From the NCBI GenBank assembly GCA_021731405.1, contig JAKFXN010000004.1, positions 1,563 through 65,562 on the forward strand: 64,000 nt of DNA, read 5' to 3'. A program made the translations under genes and the position numbers. Each line of letters opens with the position of its first letter. Position 1 is the stretch's first letter. The DNA is from Candidatus Parcubacteria bacterium. Its GTDB lineage: Bacteria; Patescibacteriota; Minisyncoccia; Phycocordibacterales; UBA918. The notes under the pieces are model-generated. The model was given only the letters and a program-made list of their open reading frames with translations. It had not been told where the DNA came from and did no database searches. Positions 34,420 through 44,171 of the stretch are shown piece by piece.

Positions 34420-36108
34420 ATGGAACCGTGGTATTGGTTGAATGACAACAGTCGGGGATTCTTAGATCGAGGATACCTCGCCCCAGGACAAACAGCGGAA
34501 GAACGAATTCGCGTAATTGCAGAAGCGGCTGAGAAGTTTCTCGGACGCCCTGGTTTTGCTGACAAATTTTATGAGTACATGGGGAAGGGGTGGATTTCAC
34601 TCGCATCTCCAGTGTGGTCAAATTTTGGCGTAAAGAAAGGACTACCAATCAGTTGCTTCGGTTCGTACGTGGCAGACAGTATGGGGAGTATTCTCTATAC
34701 CAATGCAGAAGTAGGGATGATGAGTAAGTTTGGCGGTGGATGCTCCGGCTACTTTGGTGATCTTCGTGAACGAGGCTCTGGCATTTCTGACAATGGACAT
34801 TCATCGGGTTCAGTACACTTCATGCAGCTCTTTGAGACGTTGGTGGATGTGGTGAGTCAGGGGTCAGTTCGTCGCGGACATTTTTCACCGTACCTTCCGG
34901 TTGAACACCCAGACATCATGGAATTTTTGGATATCGGAACAGAAGGAAACCCAATCCAAAAGCTCACCCACGCTGTTACGGTAACTGATAAGTGGATGGA
35001 AGATATGATTGGGGGAGATGAGGAGAAGCGGGCTATCTGGGCACGAGTCATACAAAGACGCGGAGAAATGGGATATCCGTATATCTTGTTTAAGGATACT
35101 GCCAACAAAAACACGGTAGATACCTACAAAGACAAAGGACTTACTATCTACGCTAGTAACATGTGTAGTGAAATCATGCTCCCGTCTCGTGAAGACTGGT
35201 CGTTTGTGTGTTGTCTCTCATCTATAAACCTTCTCCACTACGATGCCTGGAAAGATACCGACTTGGTAGAAACAATGATTTCTTTCTTGGACGCAGTAAT
35301 GGAAGACTTTATCCAGAAGCTTGAAGCAATGCGCGATAGTGAAGATTCTGATAAGCGTCTTGGTTTTAGTTTTATGGAACGAGCATACAACTTTGCTAAG
35401 GCAAACCGCGCCCTTGGACTCGGTGTACTCGGCTGGCACTCACTACTGCAAGCCAAGCACCTTTCATTTGAAGCAGAAGAAGCACAAGCACTCAACGTAG
35501 AAGTATTTAAATTAATAAAGGAGCAAGCTGACGCAGCAAGTAAGAAGCTTGCTGTAGAACTCGGTGAACCAGAAGTACTCAAGGGATATGGTCGCCGCAA
35601 CACTACGCTTCTGGCTATTGCGCCAACTACTTCAAGTGCGTTCATCTTAGGACAGGTATCGCAAGGAATTGAACCTATCTGGTCAAACTGTTACATGAAG
35701 GACGTCGCGAAGATGAAGGTGACTATCAAGAACCAATCACTCGTCGCACTTTTGGCAGAGAAGGGGAAGGACACCAAAGAAGTGTGGGACAGTATTCGCG
35801 ATGCAGACGGTTCAGTCCAGCATCTCGATTTCCTGACGGAAAATGAACGAGCCGTCTTTCGTACCTTTGCTGAGATTGACCAAGCGATGGTCATCAAACA
35901 AGCCGCTGATAGACAGGTCTATATCGACCAAGGACAGTCTCTCAACATTATGGTTGAGCCAGCGACGCCGGTAAAAGAAATCAATCAGCTTTACATCAAT
36001 GCGTGGAAGCAGGGAATTAAGTCTCTCTACTACCAGCACAGTATGAACGCCGCGCAGCAAATGGTTCGAAAGAAGCTCGCTGCAAACGCCAAAGAAGTGA
36101 AGGAGTAA
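34420..36108 (+). CDS. nrdA: ribonucleotide reductase class I alpha subunit (short form, no ATP-cone)
   Basis: SNMCSEIMLP and CCLSSINL active-site Cys motifs. 562 aa with no N-terminal cone domain. Confidence 0.9.
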   Translation: MEPWYWLNDNSRGFLDRGYLAPGQTAEERIRVIAEAAEKFLGRPGFADKFYEYMGKGWISLASPVWSNFGVKKGLPISCFGSYVADSMGSILYTNAEVGMMSKFGGGCSGYFGDLRERGSGISDNGHSSGSVHFMQLFETLVDVVSQGSVRRGHFSPYLPVEHPDIMEFLDIGTEGNPIQKLTHAVTVTDKWMEDMIGGDEEKRAIWARVIQRRGEMGYPYILFKDTANKNTVDTYKDKGLTIYASNMCSEIMLPSREDWSFVCCLSSINLLHYDAWKDTDLVETMISFLDAVMEDFIQKLEAMRDSEDSDKRLGFSFMERAYNFAKANRALGLGVLGWHSLLQAKHLSFEAEEAQALNVEVFKLIKEQADAASKKLAVELGEPEVLKGYGRRNTTLLAIAPTTSSAFILGQVSQGIEPIWSNCYMKDVAKMKVTIKNQSLVALLAEKGKDTKEVWDSIRDADGSVQHLDFLTENERAVFRTFAEIDQAMVIKQAADRQVYIDQGQSLNIMVEPATPVKEINQLYINAWKQGIKSLYYQHSMNAAQQMVRKKLAANAKEVKE

Positions 36109-36112
36109 AACT

Positions 36113-36146
36113 AAAAGCGCCGACCCCTAGGGGTTGGTGCTTTTAG
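36113..36146. terminator. terminator after nrdA
   Basis: AAAAGCGCCGACCCCTAGGGGTTGGTGCTTTTAG. Confidence 0.6.
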
Positions 36147-36258
36147 TTTGTAAACACCACCCTTGCTTGCAAGCTTATTTTTCTAGGAGTACCATGTTTA
36201 ATACCTCAGGCCAATGGTGGCAGGAGGAGAAACAAGTACCTTCACAGAGGAGTAAAAA

Positions 36259-36471
36259 ATGGGAAATCAAACAGGCGGTGACTTTTGCGGCGGCCTACCG
36301 ACTGAAGAACGGAATCTGCTCACGGGCAGTACCACCAAAACAACCACAACCAATGGATCCTGCGGTTCCGATACCAGTCATCTCTCAAACACCCGCCTTG
36401 CCCGGCAGGCCACCAACCCGGTGAGTCAACTGCGGCCTGGTTGGCACCCCAATCTCAAACCCAAGGGTTGA
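36259..36471 (+). CDS. small hypothetical protein in a GC-rich island (70 aa, Thr/Ser/Gly-rich, 3 Cys)
   Basis: GGAGTAAAAAATG RBS context, followed by a terminator at about 36490..36515 (AAAGCCGCCcttcaccaGGCGGCTTTT). Overlaps another frame (36134..36424), so coding status is uncertain. Confidence 0.3.
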   Translation: MGNQTGGDFCGGLPTEERNLLTGSTTKTTTTNGSCGSDTSHLSNTRLARQATNPVSQLRPGWHPNLKPKG

Positions 36472-36601
36472 TTCCAACCCAAGCCACAAAGCCGCCCTTC
36501 ACCAGGCGGCTTTTCACATTTTAGCTAGGAGATAATTGACACTAAGGGTAAGCAGTTGTAGTCTAAATAGGGTTCTTTTCACAACGCAACAGGAGAAATA
36601 G

Positions 36602-36952
36602 ATGCCAGCAGGCAGAAGACAAGAGGGTCGTGTGGGGTTCGGTCGAAAATCAGTCAAGGACGATAAAAGAAGCCTGACTCCGGCGGCAGATAAAACAGCA
36701 CCTAAGGCTGCTGAAGATGTAAAGGAATGGTTCGAGAGAACTGTCGAGGATGAAGATCTGAAGCAATTTGCCCGTGACAACCCTTCCATCTTTCCCTTCG
36801 CAGTGGAGCGGGCTAAGAAATATGGTCGCTCTGAAAAGGAAATCAATGATTTGATTGTTCAGGCCATCACGGCAGAGTACAGTGCCAGACGAGTTCAAAA
36901 AAAACACAGAAGGATTGTCGCCGCCTGTCAGTCGTATCACAGAACTCCCTAA
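36602..36952 (+). CDS. small basic hypothetical protein in a GC-rich island
   Basis: Upstream TTGACA-17-TAGTCT promoter-like element and CAGGAGAAATAGATG RBS. A terminator follows at 36974..36999. GC is about 55% versus about 42% in the flanks. Confidence 0.45.
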   Translation: MPAGRRQEGRVGFGRKSVKDDKRSLTPAADKTAPKAAEDVKEWFERTVEDEDLKQFARDNPSIFPFAVERAKKYGRSEKEINDLIVQAITAEYSARRVQKKHRRIVAACQSYHRTP

Positions 36953-37070
36953 CCGCAGAACCACCTCACCCACAAAGCGCCCCTTACAAGGCGCTTTTTT
37001 CGTAGGTGTTGAAAGCTCGACTATTCTTCTTCTGGGGCAGTGTATTATGTAGAGAAGCTTCTGATGTGTA

Positions 37071-37134
37071 AGGACAGAGAGCAGGGACTACGTATCGCGA
37101 CTACGCAGTCCCCGCTCTCTGTCTTTTTATTTTA
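37071..37134. terminator. long hairpin terminator
   Basis: GGACAGAGAGCAGGGACTACG..CGTAGTCCCCGCTCTCTGTCTTTTTATTTT. Confidence 0.6.
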
Positions 37135-37166
37135 TTTAAACGATATCTGGTATTATTTGAGATACT

Positions 37167-38111
37167 ATGCGTCCGCTATTTGGAATTTTAGCTCTGGTCG
37201 TCTTGCTCTTTGGGGTGAGTAATTGGTATGTAGAGACAGCCGCTATCTGCCCAGTACCTATTTCGTATCGTCTCGGGGATTTTGATGAACGTTTTTTGAT
37301 TACAAAAGAAGAAGCTACTGAAGTTTTGGCGGATGCGGAGCGGGTCTGGGAGGAGGCTCTCGGACGGGACTTATTTGTGTACGAGGACGATTCAACCTTT
37401 GCGGTTAATTTTATTTTTGATGAACGACAACAGCTTGCTCGGACCGAAGAAGAGTGGCGCATGAATCTTGATAAGCAAGAACTTCTTAGTACTTCAGCCA
37501 TAGAGCGAGTAAAGGCAGAGGGGGTTGTGTATCAAGCGCTCCAGGCTGATTATGAAGAAAAACGAACTGCCTATGAGACACGCTTATCTTCATACAATGA
37601 AGAAGTGGAGACTTATAATGCTGAAGGAGGAGCTCCAGAAGAAGAGTTTGAAGAGCTCGAGGAAGAGCAGGAGCAACTGAGTGATATTTTGCGGGAGCTT
37701 ATGACTTTAGAAAAAGAACTCAACGCCAAAGCTGAAGGAATAAATAAGCTTGGTGAAGAAGGGAATGCTCTTATCGAAGCCTATAACGCCGAAGTATTAA
37801 AGTATAACGAGGTCTATGGAAATCGTGACTTGTATACACAGGGAGATTTTCAGCGCGACCAAATAAACGTCTATAAATTTAGTGATACTACCGAACTCAC
37901 CAAGGTGATTGCGCACGAATTTGGGCACGCGCTAGGCATCGGTCACGTTGAAGGGGTTGAGTCAATCATGTACTATTTAATGGCAGAACAACCAGATACC
38001 ATCATTCCGACTATTGAAGATCGAACTGCATTGGTGGAACTCTGCGGAGATGGTACTGGGTTTTCTCATCAAGCCCGAAAAATTATTCGTTCCGCATTAT
38101 CATTCTTATAA
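37167..38111 (+). CDS. membrane-anchored metzincin (matrixin-like) zinc metalloprotease
   Basis: VIAHEFGHALGIGHVEGVESIMYY is the HExxHxxGxxH motif plus a Met-turn. N-terminal TM helix and a central coiled coil. Confidence 0.65.
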   Translation: MRPLFGILALVVLLFGVSNWYVETAAICPVPISYRLGDFDERFLITKEEATEVLADAERVWEEALGRDLFVYEDDSTFAVNFIFDERQQLARTEEEWRMNLDKQELLSTSAIERVKAEGVVYQALQADYEEKRTAYETRLSSYNEEVETYNAEGGAPEEEFEELEEEQEQLSDILRELMTLEKELNAKAEGINKLGEEGNALIEAYNAEVLKYNEVYGNRDLYTQGDFQRDQINVYKFSDTTELTKVIAHEFGHALGIGHVEGVESIMYYLMAEQPDTIIPTIEDRTALVELCGDGTGFSHQARKIIRSALSFL

Positions 38112-38120
38112 TAACTTTTT

Positions 38121-38909
38121 ATGGATAAAACTTTTTTTAGTTTCACATACAATCGTTTACTCACAACGTTGGCGCTCGTAACACTGGTTGCGGCTCTCGG
38201 GACCTACGCATACTACACACTCCAACAATCAAAATATATCTACACCGGGCCAACCACTATCTCAATTACGGGAGAAGGAGAGGTGGTCGGAGTACCAGAC
38301 ATTGGCACCTTTAGTTTCTCAGTTACCGAAGCTGGGGCTGATGCTGCCGCTGCCCAAGCTGCTTCAGGAGCAAAGATTAATGATATCCTCGCCGCTCTTA
38401 AAGAGCAGGGGATTGAAGAGCGAGATATCAAGACCGAGTACTACAGCCTGTATCCAAAGTATAAGTATGAGACGGGAGTTTGTTTCCCAGGTTCGTATTG
38501 TCCGGGAGAGCAAGTACAGGATGGTTTTGAAGTAAATCAAACTATCGTGGTAAAGGTGCGTGACCTTACAAAAGCTGGCGCACTCCTTGCGCTTGCTGGA
38601 GAGAAGGGAGCAACAAACATCAGTGGTCTTTCATTTACTATTGATGAGCCAGAAATACTGAAGGCTGAAGCGCGTACTCTTGCCATTGCCGACGCAAAAG
38701 CAAAAGCAGCGGTGCTCGCAGATGAGCTTGATGTTCGCTTGGTAAAGATGGTTGGATACTACGAAGATGAGTACGCAACTCCATATTATGACGCCCGTAT
38801 GGGAGGAGACATGATGATGTCAGAACAGGCCGCCTACTCTGCACCGTCAGTGCCAACAGGAGAAAACACCACCACCAGTCGAGTCACTATTACCTACCAA
38901 GTTCGCTAG
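38121..38909 (+). CDS. SIMPL/DUF541-domain periplasmic protein
   Basis: ISITGEGEVVGVPDIGTFSFSV..TIVVKVRDL is the SIMPL signature. N-terminal TM helix. Confidence 0.7.
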   Translation: MDKTFFSFTYNRLLTTLALVTLVAALGTYAYYTLQQSKYIYTGPTTISITGEGEVVGVPDIGTFSFSVTEAGADAAAAQAASGAKINDILAALKEQGIEERDIKTEYYSLYPKYKYETGVCFPGSYCPGEQVQDGFEVNQTIVVKVRDLTKAGALLALAGEKGATNISGLSFTIDEPEILKAEARTLAIADAKAKAAVLADELDVRLVKMVGYYEDEYATPYYDARMGGDMMMSEQAAYSAPSVPTGENTTTSRVTITYQVR

Positions 38910-38928
38910 GGAAGGATTAATGCACTAT

Positions 38929-38957
38929 GAAAAAGCGCCCCATTAGGGCGTTTTTTC
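38929..38957. terminator. terminator
   Basis: AAAAAGCGCCCCATTAGGGCGTTTTTTCG. Confidence 0.7.
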
Positions 38958-39052
38958 GTAGTGCAGACACACACTTTGACTTTAGAGTAATCTCAGGTAT
39001 AATGAGAGGTAATCCGCCCTAGAGGCGTTTTTATTTTGGTTAATTAATATCT

Positions 39053-39244
39053 ATGAGCAATCTAAGCAATTACTTCAAAGCCACTTTGGCAGAAATGAAG
39101 CAAGTATCTTGGCCGAGTCAACGCCAAGCGTTTCTCTATACCTTCTTGGTGATTACCATCTCTGTATTGGTAGCGCTTTTCTTGAGTGCGTTTGATTATC
39201 TCTTCAGTCTTGGGATTGATGCTATTGTTAGTAGTAACATATAA
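39053..39244 (+). CDS. secE: preprotein translocase subunit SecE
   Basis: 63 aa, ATLAEMKQVSWPSQRQAFLYTFLVITISVLVALFL. Precedes nusG. Confidence 0.85.
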   Translation: MSNLSNYFKATLAEMKQVSWPSQRQAFLYTFLVITISVLVALFLSAFDYLFSLGIDAIVSSNI

Positions 39245-39254
39245 ATAATCTACT

Positions 39255-39800
39255 ATGGCTAAACAACACAGCACGGGAGAGCGGCATTGGTACGCTATCC
39301 ATACATACTCAGGGTATGAAAATGCGGTTACTCGAAACCTCAAGCAGCGTATTGACTCACTTGGCATGAATGACAAAATTTTTAGTGTCGTTGTACCAAC
39401 TGAAAAAAAGATTCGCGTGAAGGGAGGAAAGCGAGTAATGGAAGAAGAGCGAATTTACCCAGGATACGTACTGGTAGAAATGATTGTAGACGATGAGTCT
39501 TGGTATGTAGTTCGAAACACTCCACGCGTAACTGGTTTCGTAGGAAGTGGTACCCAACCAGTACCGCTCACTGAAGCTGAGTACAGCGCTCTGATGAAGC
39601 AAATGTCGACTGATGAGGTAAAGCACAAGCTTGACCTTACTCCAGGCGATATCATCACCATTGTGGATGGGCCGTTCAAGGAACTAGAAGGAAAGGTAGG
39701 AGAAGTAGACGAGAAGAGCGGAAAGGTGAAGGTATTGGTGTCTATGTTTGGACGCGAAACGCCCGTTGAGCTCGACTTCCTCCAAGTTAAAAAAGTCTAA
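39255..39800 (+). CDS. nusG: transcription termination/antitermination factor NusG
   Basis: NGN domain (WYAIHTYSGYENAV) and C-terminal KOW (GDIITIVDGPFKELEGKV). Confidence 0.9.
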   Translation: MAKQHSTGERHWYAIHTYSGYENAVTRNLKQRIDSLGMNDKIFSVVVPTEKKIRVKGGKRVMEEERIYPGYVLVEMIVDDESWYVVRNTPRVTGFVGSGTQPVPLTEAEYSALMKQMSTDEVKHKLDLTPGDIITIVDGPFKELEGKVGEVDEKSGKVKVLVSMFGRETPVELDFLQVKKV

Positions 39801-40033
39801 TATCACGGCATCTACGTCGTCAGACTACAGAAAAAGGGCCTCGTCGTACGACATGTACGCCTCGGCCCTTTTTCTTTGTCTTCCTCGTATCTACCGTAAT
39901 CTTAGACTTTTTACTGTAACGAAGCGGCCTTTTCTCTTGCAAAACAGGGTTTTTTCTTGTACGATACGCAGGCTTCAAAGGTCGGCTTGGTTATGGAACA
40001 AGCCTACTTTCAACATTAATCCATATACACAAC

Positions 40034-40456
40034 ATGGCTAAAAAATTAGTAAAGAAAATCAAAGTTCAGGCCACTGGTGGTAAAGCTACACCAGCTCCAC
40101 CTTTAGGTCCGGTTCTTGGACAGGCAGGTATCAATATCGGAGAGTTCGTTAACCAGTTTAACGAGCAGACACGTGACCGAATGGGTCAGGTGGTACCGGT
40201 AGAGCTTTCAGTCTTTGATGACCGAACATTTACGTTCATCACAAAGGTTTCTCCAATGTCACGACTTATCTTGAAGAAGATTGGAAAGGACAAGGGTTCA
40301 AGTAAGAATGCTACTCAAAAGGTAGGAAAGCTTACTCAAGCTCAAGTACGAGAAATCGCTGAAGAAAAGATGGCTGACCTCAACGCCGCTTCAATCGAAG
40401 CTGCAATGAAGACAGTAGCGGGTACTGCTCGCTCAATGGGTATTGATGTGGAATAA
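40034..40456 (+). CDS. rplK: 50S ribosomal protein L11
   Basis: [46 protein letters not shown]. Confidence 0.95.
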   Translation: MAKKLVKKIKVQATGGKATPAPPLGPVLGQAGINIGEFVNQFNEQTRDRMGQVVPVELSVFDDRTFTFITKVSPMSRLILKKIGKDKGSSKNATQKVGKLTQAQVREIAEEKMADLNAASIEAAMKTVAGTARSMGIDVE

Positions 40457-40473
40457 ATCCATTCAATAAAAAC

Positions 40474-40508
40474 AAAAGGCGCCAGCTATACTGGCGCCTT
40501 TTGTTTTG
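40474..40508. terminator. terminator after rplK
   Basis: AAAAGGCGCCAGCTATACTGGCGCCTTTTGTTTTG. Confidence 0.65.
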
Positions 40509-40521
40509 TTACTATACCTTC

Positions 40522-41238
40522 ATGCAATTTATCCCCGTTAAAACCAGAATCCTTACTCCACCCAAAGACGACCTCTACCAAGTACTCGATGAGTCTTTAC
40601 CTGTCCTGCATGAAGGGGATGTGGTGCTTGTGAGTTCTAAGGTTGTGGCTATCCACCAAGGGCGCTGTGTACCAATTGAGGGAAGTAACAAAACCGCTTT
40701 GATTGAAAAAGAGGCAGATTTTATTGTGCCAAGACCATACTGGCCGGCACCGCTGGCGGTCGCGCACCACGCCTTCTTGGGCGCGGCTGGGATTGATGAA
40801 AGTAACGGGGCGGGGCACTACGTACTTTTACCTGAAAATATTTTTGAGATAGCGGAAGAAATCTATACTCACCTTAAGAAGAAGTACGCTCTGCAAAATC
40901 TAGGTGTCATTATTACCGATAGCCACTCCAGCTTGTTTCGCTACGGAGCAACGGGCGTAGCTTTGTCTTGGCACGGATTCAATCCCGTAGAAGATCATCG
41001 GGGGAGACCAGACCTTTTTGGGCGTGAGATTCAATATGAACGCTCAAACCTTGCTGATGGTTTAGCTTCAGGTGCGGTTGTAGTGTCAGGAGAAGTAGAT
41101 GAGTGTATACCGGTTGTGATTGCCCGAGACATTCCGCGAATTGTCTTTACCGAAGCAAACACAAAAGCAGACCTGCTTGTACCCTACGCTGAAGATACCT
41201 TTCGTGTCCTGTACCAAGACTTTTTACCTAAGGACTAA
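40522..41238 (+). CDS. CofE-like (F420-0:gamma-glutamyl ligase family, PF01996) protein of unknown role
   Basis: VVLVSSKVVAIHQGRCVP, AAGIDESNG, ITDSHSS..RYGATGVAL family blocks. The ATG at 40522 lies inside a TTG-initiated ORF. Confidence 0.65.
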   Translation: MQFIPVKTRILTPPKDDLYQVLDESLPVLHEGDVVLVSSKVVAIHQGRCVPIEGSNKTALIEKEADFIVPRPYWPAPLAVAHHAFLGAAGIDESNGAGHYVLLPENIFEIAEEIYTHLKKKYALQNLGVIITDSHSSLFRYGATGVALSWHGFNPVEDHRGRPDLFGREIQYERSNLADGLASGAVVVSGEVDECIPVVIARDIPRIVFTEANTKADLLVPYAEDTFRVLYQDFLPKD

Positions 41239-41771
41239 GCCTCTTTGCGTTTGTAGTCTACCCATTCAAAAGAGATACCTTCGTGGGTCTGTACTCCGTG
41301 TCTAGCTGTCTCAATAAAATGTTCGACAAATTCTGGGAAAAAAGAATCACCAACCGCCTCATTGTCGACCAATGTTAAGTGCATGCGTGATACATAGGGC
41401 ATGGCCGCGTTGTATATTTCAGCTCCGCCACCAATGTGGATTTCACTTGGGTTTTCACGTTCAGCTATCGCAAACGCAGCTTCAAGCGAGCCAGCAGTCT
41501 CGGCCCCAGGAACTGCATATTCAGGATTGCGGGTTACAACAATATTTATTCTCCCAGGGAGAGGTTTACCAAGGATGGCTAAAATAGATTCAAAGGTCTT
41601 TCTACCCATAATTATTGGGTGACCGTGTGTTAAGACCTTAAATCGTTTAAGGTCTTCTGGAATGTGCCACAAAAGCTTGTTTTGGTAGCCAATAGCACGA
41701 TCCTTTTTGCTTAAAGCAGCAACAATAACTACTGGTACTTTTGGAAAATGCATCATATGTGCATTATACAA
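41235..41771 (-). CDS. folA: dihydrofolate reductase
   Basis: VVIVAALSKKDRAIGYQNKLLWHIPEDLKRFKVLTHGHPIIMGRKTFESI. The start may be the internal Met at about 41753. Confidence 0.85.
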   Translation of the reverse strand: MYNAHMMHFPKVPVVIVAALSKKDRAIGYQNKLLWHIPEDLKRFKVLTHGHPIIMGRKTFESILAILGKPLPGRINIVVTRNPEYAVPGAETAGSLEAAFAIAERENPSEIHIGGGAEIYNAAMPYVSRMHLTLVDNEAVGDSFFPEFVEHFIETARHGVQTHEGISFEWVDYKRKEA

Positions 41772-41830
41772 CAGGCTGGTGGACTTGTCGTTTGGCGCTG
41801 ACTGCGTCTCTCCAGTATAATTAAGTAACT

Positions 41831-42505
41831 ATGGCACACTACGAAATTGAAATTAAAAGTTTACTCGGAGAAAAGGCCGTAGCCGATGCGCTTATTGAAA
41901 AAATGAAGGCAATTGACCCCGCGCTTACGGTCACTGGTACCAATAAACAGCTCAACCATTATTTTATTGATGGTGATGTAGAGATGCTCAGAACACTCCT
42001 TCTCCCATTTCTTTCAGAGCAACAAGAACAAATGTTTCGTGAAATTTTGGAAAAAGGTAAAGATTTTTCAATTCGTAGTCGACAAAAAGATGACCAAGTA
42101 CTTTTGGTTATCAAAGCAGCGCTTGATGGGGGAACAAGCGCCAACGCTGTTTCTCGCTTGGAGTTTGAAGAAGCGATGCCAATTACACTCCCTGAACTAG
42201 ATGCCTTTTTGGAAGCAGCTGGTTTTACCTGCCAAGCTAAATGGTCTCGCGAGCGCGTGGAATATGCATACAAAGACATCACTGTGTGCCTTGATAAAAA
42301 CGCTGGCTACGGCTACCTCGCTGAGTTTGAGACAGTAACCAAAGATGAGTCTGACTTACCGGCAGTACGCGCACGACTTGAAGAGTGTATGAAAGAGCTC
42401 GGTGTCTCAGAACTTCCACAAGATAGACTCGCTCGAATGTTTGCACACTACAACGAAAGTTGGCCAGAGTACTATGGTACCGACAAAGTGTTTACCCTAC
42501 AATAA
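41831..42505 (+). CDS. CYTH-like domain protein (putative triphosphate tunnel metalloenzyme)
   Basis: N-terminal EIEIKSLL resembles the CYTH ExExK signature. Otherwise uncharacterised. Confidence 0.35.
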   Translation: MAHYEIEIKSLLGEKAVADALIEKMKAIDPALTVTGTNKQLNHYFIDGDVEMLRTLLLPFLSEQQEQMFREILEKGKDFSIRSRQKDDQVLLVIKAALDGGTSANAVSRLEFEEAMPITLPELDAFLEAAGFTCQAKWSRERVEYAYKDITVCLDKNAGYGYLAEFETVTKDESDLPAVRARLEECMKELGVSELPQDRLARMFAHYNESWPEYYGTDKVFTLQ

Positions 42506-42512
42506 TTTTTTT

Positions 42513-43061
42513 ATGTTTTTGTCTGATGTTGATATCAAAAAAGGAGTCGAGAGCGGTGCGCTTACCATTGAACCTTTTAATATAAAGCAGCTTCAGCTTG
42601 CAAGTTATGACGTAACTCTCGGCAATGAGTTTGAGGTGGTAGATAGACATCAGATTGGTGCGTCAGATCCCGCAAGGAAGATTTATCCAGCTACCAGAAA
42701 GCTCGTCGTGCCTGATGATGGAGAGTTCGTGCTTCATCCGGGAGAAAATGTACTTGGAAAGCAGCGAGAGTTTATTGGGGTTGATAACGAACACCTTATC
42801 TTACTTTCAGGGAAAAGTAGCTTGGCGCGCATTGGCTTGGTGGTCCACAACACCGCTATGCTTTTTAATCCTGGTCATCACTTTTATCCAACCTTTGAGC
42901 TTGTGAACGCTAGCAGTATCCCAATTATCCTTAGGCCGGGCATGCAGGTAGCTCAGATACTCTTTGCCAAGCTCACCTCAGCCACGAGTAAGTCGTACGA
43001 CGAAGTAGGGCGATACGACGGAGAGAATTCAAATCATTTTGCCGAAGCTAAAAATAAGTAA
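42513..43061 (+). CDS. dcd: dCTP deaminase / dUTPase-superfamily protein
   Basis: MFLSDVDIKKGVESGALTIEPF..ASYDVTLGNEF N-terminal Dcd signature. Jelly-roll dUTPase-like C-terminal region. Confidence 0.75.
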   Translation: MFLSDVDIKKGVESGALTIEPFNIKQLQLASYDVTLGNEFEVVDRHQIGASDPARKIYPATRKLVVPDDGEFVLHPGENVLGKQREFIGVDNEHLILLSGKSSLARIGLVVHNTAMLFNPGHHFYPTFELVNASSIPIILRPGMQVAQILFAKLTSATSKSYDEVGRYDGENSNHFAEAKNK

Positions 43062-43067
43062 TACACC

Positions 43068-44078
43068 ATGTCAAAAAAACACCCTGAATACCAATATTTG
43101 GATTTGATGCAAGACATTTTAGATAATGGAGCTGATAAGCCGTTGTTTTTTAATCAGGTGGTACTTGATGAGTATGCAAGCAAAGGGGAACAGCCACCAT
43201 TTATCCGTTCAGTTTTTGGTCGCCAAATTCGCTTTGATTTAAGTGAAGGCTTTCCACTCCTTACAACCAAAAAAACTTTTTGGCGCGGTATTACCACGGA
43301 GCTTTTGTGGTTTCTCTCTGGAAGTTCGAACATAAAACCGCTTGTAGATAGCAATAATCATATCTGGGATGAATGGGCTTGGAAGCATTACCATATGTGG
43401 GCAACTGAGCATGCTCCAGATGAGGATATGACCCAAGATGAGTTCATTGCTAGGCTCGTGAGCCTACCTGCAGAAGATCCTTTTGTAGTTAAGTGGGGAG
43501 ATATCATTACTATCTACGGTCGCATGTGGCGACGTTGGTCTGCAAAAGATGGTCGAGAGATTGACCAGCTGGCGTGGGTGATTGAGGGTCTTAAGAAACG
43601 ACCTGAGCGGAAGTCATATGTAGTGAGTGCTTGGAATCCAGATTTTATTTATGAAATGGCTTCGGAAGGTCAGCATTCACAGGTGCCGCCGTTTTGTCAC
43701 ACCATGTTCCAATTTCAAGTAGCTAATGGAAAGCTTAACCTTGGTTTATATCAGCGTTCAGGGGATCTGTTTTTAGGTGTACCTTTTAACATTGCTAGTT
43801 ATGCGCTCTTACTCCAAATGGTTTCGCAAGTAGTTGGTATTCCACCTGGAGAATTCGTACATAGTTTTGGTGATGTGCATATTTACTCAAATCACTTTGA
43901 TCAAGTAAAAGAACAGCTGACTCGTGAGCCAATGCCGTTCCCGACTGTGAAGTTAAATCCGGCGATTACCAATATTGACGACTTTACACTAGAAGACATT
44001 GAGTTGGTTGATTACCAGTCACATCCTGGACTTAAGGCTCCAATCGCCAATATCGGTGGTTTTATCCAGAAAAAATAA
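43068..44078 (+). CDS. thyA: thymidylate synthase (long form)
   Basis: TTKKTFWRGI, RSGDLFLGVPFNIASYALL, with the catalytic Cys region conserved. Confidence 0.95.
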   Translation: MSKKHPEYQYLDLMQDILDNGADKPLFFNQVVLDEYASKGEQPPFIRSVFGRQIRFDLSEGFPLLTTKKTFWRGITTELLWFLSGSSNIKPLVDSNNHIWDEWAWKHYHMWATEHAPDEDMTQDEFIARLVSLPAEDPFVVKWGDIITIYGRMWRRWSAKDGREIDQLAWVIEGLKKRPERKSYVVSAWNPDFIYEMASEGQHSQVPPFCHTMFQFQVANGKLNLGLYQRSGDLFLGVPFNIASYALLLQMVSQVVGIPPGEFVHSFGDVHIYSNHFDQVKEQLTREPMPFPTVKLNPAITNIDDFTLEDIELVDYQSHPGLKAPIANIGGFIQKK

Positions 44079-44171
44079 AAGGTATACTTACCCTACTAAT
44101 TTATTCACACCATGATCTAAGTTCACTCGTTCATTTACCGATATCTTTACTAAGTTATTTTCTATTTCAAC

